64,000 bases of DNA from positions 3,596,001-3,660,000 of the forward strand of contig OZ210885.1 in the NCBI GenBank assembly GCA_964658305.1, read 5' to 3'. Shown here one piece after another: positions 39,705 to 51,109 of the stretch; the stretch's first letter is position 1, and each line of letters begins with the position of its first letter. The notes under the pieces were generated by a model. The model saw only the letters and a list, made by a program, of their open reading frames with translations, was not told the origin of the DNA and made no database searches. Made by a program: the position numbers and the translations under genes. Source of the DNA: Leptogorgia sarmentosa (lineage: Eukaryota).

Positions 39705-40734
39705 GTAGGCTATATGTATTTATAAGATAACCAGAAGTAATTGAAAAAGACTGCGCGCGCGCGACCTTAAGCATGTAGGACGGGAACGTCACGAAAAAGA
39801 CAAACCAAATCGTTGAAGTAAATGATCGTTTGAGAATGCTTGTCCTCTAATATATATTTCGCACGAAAAAGAATTCTCCTAAGGGTGAATGTTTACACCG
39901 AGCTTATGCCTGGAAAGTAAGAGTTTAGGGCCCAACTGACAGCAGAACTGGATGTAGCATAGTTTAATATGGACGAAGGCAGAACGTGATAATCTGTATT
40001 TTGCCGTTGTTAACAGAGTAACGACGTCGTGTAAAACTCCCGCGATATTTCAATCGGCAAAGCTGCTCATTCTCTTTCTTTGATATCATATAAACAACTG
40101 ACCAAGTTTCACCTTCATCTTGCTTATTAAAGTTATTAATGAGTGTTTTTCTTTACGATTATTAAAAAGGGTAAGAAGATTGTTTTTCTTGCCATGTTTC
40201 CGTACTAGAATCCGCTTTGCTTATATAAGCTCCTTAATTCATGAACCTCGGATACGGTCAGATTTCGGCTTGGAATCTCCCCTGCCCTCTGCGTGTAGCA
40301 ACTGAGAGGATGTTGCTAAAATGTCGGAAAAGTCTGGATTGCCCCCCCCCCCTGCCGAACAGCTCCCCCGACACCACTGAGCTGTGAAACAAAAAATCTG
40401 AAAAATTATTATCCACCCATCAGTTCTATATGCAAAGCCGCCATATTGCATTAAATTTATTTTCGTGCTGCATTAATACATTTCCGCCATACTCTGATGG
40501 ATTTCTAAGCAAGTGAACAAGGCCGAAAAATGCAGGAAAACTTTTAATTCACTGCGATGATTGTGTTTTTGTTCAAAGTAAGCACCTACCTGAATGAATG
40601 ACGTAATTTAAACATGCTAATGTGGCTGAGTCAATGTTTTCAAAATGTACATAATTCAGTCCGAGATATTTTTCCAGCTACTATAAGTAATATTGTATTC
40701 TTGCACCCGATGAATTTAATTAATTTCGTTGCAG

Positions 40735-43700
40735 GCAAAGTATGTAAGAACCCACTACTCCAAGATGAAAATACTTTTCCAGACTCTGTGTTTTCCGGCA
40801 GTGGTGATTCAAGTGAGAACTACAAAGATGCCAGAATCACTAAAAATGGCTGGTGTCCATTGGGGTCCGGCAGCACATACCTCTTGCTCGACCTTCAGAA
40901 AGAATATCACATAACTCAAGTTGTGGTTATGGCTGATGAAGAACAAACAAAATGGAGCGGCTCATATTCTTTGAAATACAGTCATGACACTTCTTATGAA
41001 AACAGCGCAAAGGTACAGTTATTATAGTAATGAAGTATATGCTTTCCTGAAAATGAATGGTAGAAAAGAGTTGGTAGAGAAGACTTCATGAAACAAGACC
41101 TTGCTAACGTCTCTAGGAATGACTAACTCCTGCCCTTGTAATATAAAATAGAAACGTGATTTACCTAATTCCGGCGTATGTTTAGACATATTTAACTTAA
41201 CAAGAAATTGAACGAATTTTAGAAAAGCATTTCCTTGTCTTCTTGTGTGCGCTTGCAAATAGAGTAATAAATTAATACAGTAATGGTGTACATATTTGTT
41301 AACGTAACTGTTTGAGATCACGAATTCTTTCTAATTTTCAGGAATTTGGAAACGAAAACGCCTACCAAGCATCAAGAACAAGCCTTGATATTTTTAATGT
41401 TAGACACATGAAAATAGAGTCCACTGGAAATAGAAGCTTTTGTCTACGTATAGAACTTTGTGGAGAGGGTAAGAAATTGAGGAGCAGTGAATTACATGAA
41501 TGCGCCGACATTGTCAGCTCGCCAAAAAACATGATATTTAGTCGAATACAAAGTATTGTAACATCAAACAATGTTTGGTAGTAATTAGCATGGTAAATCG
41601 TGTTACACAATATTCAAGATATGATGATATTCAAGATGTTTAGCGACTTAAATTAGAGCGGTTTCCTGCCCCCTCGAATTTCTTTCAGGACCATTCTTAC
41701 AAAAGGTCTACCTGTGTAGATGTTATGACTTATGTGAGGGGGGGGGGAGGAGGAGGAGGTTGTGAGAGGATCGAATAATGATGTTGTTGAGGTATAGAAT
41801 ATTTATCATTTATAGACCCAGAGCGAGGGGGATTCGGCGTAATATAGCCTATAGTCTATAGATGGGTCTATAAATGATATATTATACCAAAGACAGTCTA
41901 TTCATTTCTTCTTCCGAATCTTGCTCTCCCGCCATTTCCATAGCTATCCTAAGCGCGTGTTGCCCACGCGTCACGCGTGAGCGTGGGAACTATAATATCC
42001 CACGGTGGATCTGCCGTGGGATATTATAGTATCCCACGCTGGATTGCGTAATCATAAATTTGAGTGAAATATCGTAAAAAGTCACACTATCACGTGGTAC
42101 AAATGCTGTTTTTTCATTGGACAATTTGAATTTGAGGTATAGAATATTATGATTTATTCTCAAATCTCAACGAAAATGCAGTCTGAATTTCAACATTTTC
42201 TAGTGTAGCAAGCACTCCCCCGACCTTTCCTACGCCCCTGATTAAAACTGTAAAACGTTTGATATTCCATACTTTGTTTTTAGTTCAAACGCCAGCTCAA
42301 GTATCCAATATCACAGTTTCACCAACAAAAGTCTCTGCAACCATAATGTGGGAAATATCTACATCTACTCAGCAGTCCAGCTATATAACAGAGATCATCA
42401 TATACCTCAACGGCCAAGTACACAAGAACGTATCTCGGGGGACTCAAGTAACTATAGAGGGACTTTTACCGTATACTTCGTATTCTGTGGGAATTCAAAC
42501 TCAGGATGGTTCATCACAAAAGAGTCAAATAGTTACCAAACGTTTCATGACAAGAGGAATGGGTATGTAAAGGTTTGGGGAAGCATGCTTCTATAATAAA
42601 TACCTCGTTCGTACTTAATTTCGCGTGACTTTAATTTCGCGATTGGAAAAAAAATCGCAAATTAAAGTCCCGCGAAAAACACTTCCCCACAAATTTGTAC
42701 TCGTCGGGTTGAAGTTAGAAAATTTATTCACATAGTCCCATGGCGATTCTTTCCATCATGGATTAGTTAAGGTGTGGTAGGGTGCTGTTTCATCTTCTTT
42801 AATCTGCTAAAACCGGGGACAAATTTATTTCCGCTTCGAATTCTGGAAAATTCATTCATCAAGGTGAACATCACCTTTTCATGATGGCACTGTATTTTGT
42901 AGCTTCACACAGCATTGTTCGAATCTATACTAATATAAACAACAACTTTTCCTCTTTCAAAATATGTATTTGATTTTCCATTTTTTCTTGTCGTAGCACC
43001 TCCCGCAGTCATTTCAAAGATCCTATCAACGGCCCTCAAAATATACACTATCTTCTGGGTTCAACCAACACTGCCTGTTGGGCAAATCGTCTTGAAGTAC
43101 TGTATAAAATACAGAGTTTTCAATGGATTCAATAATTCAAAAAATGTATCAAAGGATATCACATCGATTACTATTGATGTTGAATATGAGAAGCAATACA
43201 TTTTTGAAATACAAGTTGTGACCGAGGCGGGAATAAGTAATGTGACGTCAAGAACCTGGTTCTCTCATTCAGGTAAAAATACATGAAATTTTTTCTACAA
43301 AGTGACAGTAGGAACGGTTTAGTCTATGGGACTGACAAATTTATCCGCGCCGAATTTTTCTTGGAGGGAGGGCCGGAGGAATTGGGTACTGTAGTATATA
43401 AAGATTATGCATCTGTCATTCAAAAGTACTATTAAAACCACGTTTGAAGAAACTTCTCAACCTGCCTTAGTACACCTCAAATTTCTGGGGCCGGTTGTAT
43501 AAAAACGTAGTTAAAGTTAACTATAGTTAAGTGAGAAAATTGACCAATCAGAAACGCGTATTTCAAAGTTTACCATAAAACGGATAGTTAAGAGTTTTAT
43601 ACAACGACCCCTGGCATACAGTTTCAGCGATTGAAACAATTTGGTTGTTTGTCGCATTTATTATTGAATTTTATTTTGTTTGTTATCCCTTCTATGTAGC

Positions 43701-46700
43701 GCCCTTGAAAACGCCGACCAAAATTAACGACAGTTACACAGTAACACTGATAAAGCCAAGTAAAGAGCAAAATATTAAGTAAGTTGACATGAAATAGTTA
43801 ATAATTTGAAGCAACTCACTTTTGTGTCTATAATGAATTCATTTTGTTGTAAAATATGTCTTTGTTTTCTTTTCTTTGAACTCTTGTAAAGTGCGAAATT
43901 TTAGTCAGACGAAACTATAGGTAAAATTTGTAACTAAATTGCAACTATTGCGAATTGCAAGAAGAAGCAAGGTTCCAGATAGTGAAATACCTACACGCAG
44001 ATAGTTTCTTTTCTTAGAAATGTCGCTCTTGTGTTACTCAAATCAAAAAATCTCCTGGCACCAGAAGAAGTTGAGGTGCGGTTGTCGTCTCCTTCAGATG
44101 AAGAGAACGATATCGCCTTCAAAACTAAAGTATTTGATATAACGGACTTTCAAGAAGATACAATAGAAATATCACTTCAACAGACTCCAGACAAACGACG
44201 AAGAAAGAGAAATGCAGTTGTAGTTGAGGCATTGTCACCTATGTCAACCTACAGAGCTGCCCAATTAAACACTGACGAGTCTGAGGTAGGTTAAAATAAC
44301 TTCTTTGCGCAGGAAAATTCATGTAAAAAATGACTTTTAAAACGCGCCCATGTCAGAAATTTTAAACTGAGAAATCACGATATTGCCAACCTCAAATGAT
44401 CATCCCAAAATCTCAACATCTTTTTGGGTAAATTCAGGGAGCTCTTTCCGAACCTTTGCATATCATTGCCATTCCTATTGGTTGCGACTAGCGGGCTTAC
44501 AAGATCTTGTTTATAACCCATGATTTCAGAACCGTAACGAATAAATGTACTGTCGCAATGAGGAATAGCGTCATAGTGATAGTTGTTTAACTGAAATTTG
44601 GCATTTTTTTAGAATGAGCGTTGGTCATATTGGAGTGAACCTTTTACTTTCATTGGAGGTAGGCTACATGTATTTATAAAATAACCGGAAGTAAGTGAAA
44701 AAGACTGCGCCCGCGTGATTGGCTAACAGGCGTATAGATGGGAGATCGCTAGATGGTATACTCCAAAATAAGATATCCGCGACTGCTGTACATTCACGTC
44801 AGCGGTGATAGAAATTTCTATTGGCGTATTCACAAAATAAACCAGTCCCAAACCATAAATCTGACCCTAACCTTTGGTTATGGTTTGGGACCCGTGGTTA
44901 GGGTCAGATTTATGGTTTGGGACTGGTTTATTTTGTGAATACGCCAATAGAAATTTCTATCACCGCTGACGTGAATGTACAGCAGTCGCGGATATCTTAT
45001 TTTGGAGTATACCATCTAGCGATCTCCCGTGTAGATGTGAGATTATGTATTGTGAAATGTGAGATTATTTCCACACATTTCTCGTTCTCCCAAACTTGCA
45101 CTCGTGTCTACATAACTCGATGCAAACATGGAAAATGTTTTCAATTCCTTAAATACAGCTAAGGCTATATACTTGCGAACTTCAAACTGCAGATCTTCCT
45201 TGAACGATAGATCCTTGAACTGAAACTGTAAGCGTACAAAGCATGATGGGAGCCGCATTTTATCAGTCCAGAAATTATATATGAGGCTCATTTCTTAGGA
45301 CAATGGTAAACGACTGCTACATACAATTAAAAAGCCAATATTTACCTTATGGGCTGGAAATTGTGCTGCCCTATATGCTTTGCGCGCTCACATGGCGTTT
45401 TCAATTCAACGTTTGGAAAGTAGTTGTAGTCTGTTTATCAAATCGTCTTAATAAAATTTCAGTGCGATATGTTATATTTTAACATTATTTGGGAATCTTA
45501 TTGCACATGCAAATTCTTCAAGTGTTCTAAGCAGATTTCAGATATTTAAAAAATAGATGGCGGATGTGCCGCAGGGTAAAAAGTATTATTTAAAAACCAA
45601 TATCTATTCAAAATTAATTTTCTTGAAATTTTTCATAAAATATTTTTGTATAGTCAGTGATGAAGGTAAAGAAGATGAAGAAAGTAGTGGTGGAGGTCCA
45701 GGTGTTGCTGTTGTTGTAGGCATCGCAGTTGCTGCCGCCGTTCTTATTGTTGTTGCTTTGGTTCTTGCTGTTATCTACTTCAGAAGAAGGTAAATTTCGG
45801 TAATGAGCGATGACTCTGACATGAACAACAGATGTTGCTCACACAGCTCCATCTCTGCTAAATTCATTAAAGTAAGATACTCTTGATCACAAAGATATCG
45901 TATTTAAATTTTCAGCGTCTAAGATAGGGTGCTTATTCAGGGATGGCGCTCATTCGGGGGAGGGGCTTTTAAAAAATACTTCATGTTCAATGTCAACAAG
46001 AACTATTAAGTTACTTGAACTTCAAAAATACACTCATCAGTTCACTGACACGGGCTGTAAGATGTGATGTTAGCTTTTTGAATAATCATGATAGTGTACT
46101 CAAAAACAAGTGTGGCGCTCATTCATGGATGGCGCTTATGAAAGATGCGGCGCTCTGGCGAGTAAATACTGCAGTATGTATAATATTGTACTCTCACTGT
46201 CGAAGTGAGAGTTTCAAAGTGATACATTTCAAGAAAGAGAGAAATTTGTTTTAGGTTTTTAGTGGATATTTTTTGTGGCAACACTGGCTGGTTTATTTTA
46301 TGTTTCTTTACAACTGATACATCTCAGTATATTTGAATTTCATTTAGTTGACGCAGAATATAATTAACACTATATTGGCCTTCTATGTTAAACTTCCTAT
46401 GTCCGTAGGAAAACGTACAAAGAGCATGGCGAGAAAGGAGAAGAGAGCCATGATTATGAAGAGATGGATACGTTTGAAAACAGATCTGCTGAGATTGGCC
46501 AGCCAAATGATTCCTTTGCCCATGAAAATGGTAATGACAGTCGCAATGATGAAGTGATGAATGGATTGGAAAACGAAAATAATGAAGAAGACGCCGGAGA
46601 GGCAAATGTTGCAACTGCCAATGGAAATAATAAAGACATTTATTCAAATGAATCGGGTAAAATAATGTTAACAAAATTTTTGTAAGGGTGTAAATAAAAG

Positions 46701-47840
46701 TTTACTGTGGGAAGTATTGCCTGAGCTAACGAGCGCACGAAATTTGTGAAAAATAACATAGCCAGATTTCCACCCTCTAGTACATCTAGCACTGAGTTTA
46801 TTTAAAAATCTATCTTTTTTAGAGTAGGAAATTTGTTGTTGGAAGGCACTTTAAAGTTTTGTGAAATTTGGTGCCGGCAGAGTCAACAGAGGCATGTCCG
46901 AAAACTGGATTTTACGTTCTTTCCTGTGTGATTACCGATTAATTTATGCATAATTACATATTTGCATTAATTACCAATGCAAATTGAAAGCTAATTCCCA
47001 AAGGTCCGTAATCACGCGAAGAAATTGCGGCAAATCCAGTTTTCGGACATCGTACGTTCGTCTCAGCGTCCACCAAATTTCTCAAAACTTGAATAGCCTG
47101 TATATCATACTCCATATTTTCATCTGACTAAATCAAACTGTGTGAAGAAAACTTATTTTTTGCGCGCAAGCCGTTTTTAATGGGCCTTTCAGTAACCACA
47201 TTTCCCGTTCTAAAAAAGTTTGTTTTTAAAATAAAGTTAGTACAATATATACCAGAGGGTGTTAAAATACCCATTCTAACCGAAAGTTTTTGGAAATTTT
47301 GAGCGCTCGTTAGTTTAGAGAATGTTTTTCATCAGTAAACTTTTTTTTATACATCCCGTAGATATTTGCTTTAGTTTTAGGTGCGTGATACTTGGGACTA
47401 TGGTGCGATACTTCGCACGAATATTTAGTGACGTCCAAGCAGCAATAATGTGAACTTTATTCATTTAAAACGGATTTATTTAACTATTTTAATTTTAAGG
47501 GGACGTTGGAGTAAAATCACATCCATCTGTGCCAGTTGAAGAATTTTCACATTATGTCAACGAACTGAAAGCAAGCGACAACCGTGAATTCGAAGCCGCT
47601 ACCGGCAGTGAATTGTACATGAACGATGGATATGAATCACCTGCAGACTGCTTTGCTAAAGGGAACAAGCAAAATGAAATTGAATCTCAACAAGAACTTT
47701 CTGCTGCAGAAGAATCATCGACCTACATGTCTTTGAAAAACCGCAAAGATCCTGAGAACGTTTATCAATCGCTACAATACCCCAATATTCAGACCGTGGA
47801 ATATGAAAATCCCACATTTACATCCAAAGGGGAAATATAG
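40735..47840 (+). CDS. Receptor copy E (no own 5' exons): F5/8C, FN3 x2, juxtamembrane, alternative TM, acidic linker, RPTP wedge-like segment fused to the Tyr tail
   Basis: Exons 40735-41012, 41342-41468, 42284-42562, 42997-43272, 43700-43778, 44018-44285, 44613-44658, 45654-45789, 46409-46656, 47500-47840, open and phase-compatible. TM is VAVVVGIAVAAAVLIVVALVLAVIYF followed by RRR. It probably forms the 3' part of a D+E transcript. Confidence 0.8.
43488..43610. mobile_element. Short TIR MITE with CTG duplication, specific to copy E
   Basis: GGGCCGGTTGTATAAAA...TTTTATACAACGACCC. The empty site aaatttctggcata is present in copies A-D. Confidence 0.7.
44740..45028. mobile_element. Foldback MITE with 133-bp perfect inverted arms, a 23-nt spacer and an imperfect 8-bp TSD
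   Basis: 44740-44872 is the reverse complement of 44896-45028. Flanks are gtatagat / gtgtagat. The empty site cgtgttgatgtgag is present in copies A and C. Confidence 0.9.
46685..47358. mobile_element. Degenerate TA-flanked non-autonomous TIR element (Tc1/mariner-like)
   Basis: GGGTGTAAATAAAAGTTTACTG...CTAACGAGCGC pairs with GCGCTCGTTAG...CAGTAAACTTTTT...ATACATCCC. An inner inverted pair is GTCCGAAAACTGGATTT / AAATCCAGTTTTCGGAC. Confidence 0.6.
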
Positions 47841-48450
47841 ATTCAACAAATGCCTTTCGTCGGAGATCGTTTTGTAGTGACAGGAACTTTTGCTGCATGT
47901 AGAGTGGCCAGAGTTCTGCTACACCACCGTATTAAATACAAATTTGTAATTAGACCATAGTATTGACGTAGTATAACTTCGGGCTTCGCCCTCATCAACT
48001 ATCACCTCATAGAAATCTCGAGCTCGTAATCTAATTGTTAAATAGAAACACGGGTTTTTTGAGCTCTCGACCAATCAACGCCCGTGTTTTTAAAAGGCTA
48101 TTTTATAATGAATACTAGTACTACGTCACGCGTGCGATATATGAGAACGCATCATATTTATATACTAATGAACACTACGTTATGCGTGCGTTGGGCTACC
48201 TATGATTAGACATGTTATGATTAGACATAATAATGTTACACAAGACAGTAATCATTAATTATTTTGTAGACAATAATAACTTTCGTTCTATATACCAGTT
48301 TAACAAAGTAGAAAACCCGATATTCATTTATGGTGACATACAGGAATTCCATAATATAGGTCCTCTAAAAATAAAACTTTTTTTACGATATATGAGTTTA
48401 TCTTTTTAAAGGCAAGACTTCACAAAATATTTACAAGCGAACATTGGTTG

Positions 48451-48700
48451 CAGGGGCGTAGCCACGGGGGGGAATGGGGTTCGGACCCCCCCCCTCCCCC
48501 CCCACTTTTATTCAAAACATGTCTTTCAATTCCTTCAAAATCAAGTAAAAAAGCGGATATAAGGAATATCGGGTACGCCTCCTCATAGTCTAATCACCAT
48601 TGCATTCCCAACATTTGATTAATATATTATTTGATTAATATTCACACACATTAGGCTGTTTTGTTTAAGGTTCACTTTTATAGGGCTGGCTACGCCCCTG
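48451..48700. mobile_element. Complete 250-bp hAT-type MITE
   Basis: 14-bp TIR CAGGGGCGTAGCCA / TGGCTACGCCCCTG and a perfect 8-bp TSD ATTGGTTG (48443-48450 and 48701-48708). Confidence 0.92.
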
Positions 48701-50970
48701 ATTGGTTGGAAACTGTTTCATCTTGAATATTTAAAGCGTTTTATGCAAATAAATGTAGTATTTCGTACCAAATTCAAGTTTATATTAGTCATAATAACGT
48801 ACGGATAACAAATGATTTTTCAAATTAAACAAATGCCAAAAAAGGAAAGATGAAAGCTGATATTTTGACTGTTTTCAAAAAAATACAGAAATATGGATTT
48901 TGAAGTACTTCATGTTCCAAAAAATATAGTTGCAATAATTCGTTAATTGTTGCTGCATATATGTATTTTCTAGTACTACCTTAATCAATAAAAAAATAAG
49001 TCATTCATGCAATACCATCATTGAGGCATTTTGCATGGCCTTAATTAATATTTTTATTCTTTTTTCAACAATTTTTTGGATTACTTTCCATATGACAGAC
49101 TTTGACCAGACAGGGTGATCACTATAGGATGAATCAGGGCAACCAATAGGGTCAAGGCTAGCGTTTGTTTTATAGGGTTTTGTGCAAATATCTTCCCTTT
49201 TGATATTGTATAAATATCAAATACATATTTACAACAAAGATGTTTTTGCCTCAAGGCACAATATACATATGCTTCATTACATATTAAGTGTGTTGCTTTG
49301 GGTATAACAACCACAGTAAAGGCAATGAATATCAGAATACACCGGTGACAAAAGGAGTAAGAGTGAAGAAAAGAATTGCTCAATTGTTTTCGTGCTTATC
49401 AGTTTAGCAGAAGTGATTCTTGGTGATGTGTGGTGAAATTTTGGTAAAAGATGGCTTGAAAAAGTGAGTATAAAATGTTTTGGAAATAATTAGGTTGGAA
49501 ATAACACTAGCTAATTGCAAAAGTGAAAATATAGACTTGATTAAAGAACAAACCTGAGTTCAAACCATAGAATGTGTAGCGTCTGCGTTTTCAATATAGT
49601 AATAGAAACAACATCAAAATACACGCAGTAAAAGTTCAACTCGTATGTAAAGGATACAACAGATTCCAATTTGGAGTAAAGACACGTAAAGTTACACCGG
49701 ATGGCACAAAAAGTTTTCCGAAGACGTTTTTTAATTAGCTATATAGCCGGCAGACGGCTGTTTAGTTAAATGCCGCCATTATGCCGGTAGTATAGTGACT
49801 GTAGCTAAAGACTTAAAGTCCATTTTTTTTACAAAATGAACCAAACGCAAACGCTAATCCTGACCCTAACCCTATAACTGTCCAACCCTAAACACCATAA
49901 ACAGTTTGGAAGCGAGAAAAAAATGTCTTCAAAGTTTTTTAATTTGAAACGATAAATAAGTCTCTGAAGAAATCCCAGCGTGGCTCCGCTTCAGATCGTT
50001 GTGCGCTTCGAAATACTAAACAGCCGGAGCCGGTCGTTTAAGGCCCGTTTACACTTGCAACTTTGACTGCATGCGATTTTCTCCTTTTGACGGATGTGAA
50101 TGAGTGGAAAAAAATTTTGCTAAGCAATAAGAATTAAATAATGATAGAAATATCGATCAAACTTATAGTACTTCATCTTTTTCATTCGTGTGTGGGCGAA
50201 ATCCTAATCCTTATTTGACTGGCTGTAGCACCCGGTGGAATTTTTATCTTGACCGTGGTACAACGGTGATATTTTATGACCATAATTAATTTTGAGGAGC
50301 GAGGCAAATAAATTACTTGCAAGTATCCAAAAATAAAAATACCATAATTGCAATACTAAAGATATAAAAATAAAAAGCGACGAATAACAAAAAGCTTTTG
50401 TGCTTTAAAAATGGTATCCTTGCTCAATTTCGTAAAAAACATGCTAAAGCATGTCAAATTATTTTGATTAATTAGTTTATTATGAGCGAAATGTTTTTCG
50501 ATAAATGCTTTGGTATTGAAAAACATGATATTTCAACCATAGCAGCATCTCCACGAAAACTAAAGGGCTTTTACCATGTCTTCTTGATTGTTTGTCTGTT
50601 TTTACTTGGAATAAAGTAGCAAACACAACTGACCTGAATTCTATAAGTTTCAACGTTAAAATTCATACTAATTAAATTAAGCATAGCGCAGAGGAAAATG
50701 ACGTCAACGAGCACCAAATTCTATACGTAAACGATACAATAAGATTCAGACGATTATTGTATTATTCAAATATAGTGCCCAGAAATTTTGCTGCTTGTTG
50801 ATTTTGTTACCGCTACCTTTTGCATGTACACAACACACTGCCTTCATAAAATATCGCAAAGGAAAATATCTGACCTGTAGGATTTTCATGTTCAAATGAA
50901 TGTCAAATCTTTTCGGATTTACTAGAGAATTCATATCCGATAGTTTGTAGGAAAGGGTTAGTGTGTCTTA

Positions 50971-51109
50971 GGCCCGTTTCATATATAGCTACGTCGAATT
51001 TTGGTCGCATCGAATGCAATTCAAACAGTGAATAATGAGATGACTAACTTGATTATCTATTGTTTGAATTGCATTCGATTGGACCAAAATTCAACGTATC
51101 AAACAGGCC
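50971..51109. mobile_element. Harbinger/PIF-like palindromic MITE
   Basis: GGCCCGTTT...TCGAATGCAATTCAAACA pairs with TGTTTGAATTGCATTCGA...AAACAGGCC, with TTA/TAA flanks. A half-copy lies at about 60632-60683. Confidence 0.7.

Larger units (their letters stand above)
1..47920 (+). repeat. Tandem segmental duplication array of a receptor gene (copies A-E)
   Basis: Near-identical exons and introns recur. Terminal stop codons lie at 4298, 17222, 30036 and 47840; signal exons at 6684, 20102 and 31879; F5/8 exons at 11276, 24608, 35953 and 40735. Spacing is 11.8-13.4 kb for full units and 4.8 kb for D to E. Confidence 0.97.

Noticed and set aside
41787..42148. Copy-E insertion bounded by a 17-bp direct repeat (ttgaggtatagaatatt) with internal hairpins
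   Set aside because: It is probably an interspersed repeat, but its class and boundaries cannot be resolved by eye.
44753..45162. ORFs 44753-44938 and 44917-45162
   Set aside because: They lie within the foldback MITE and intron and are non-coding.
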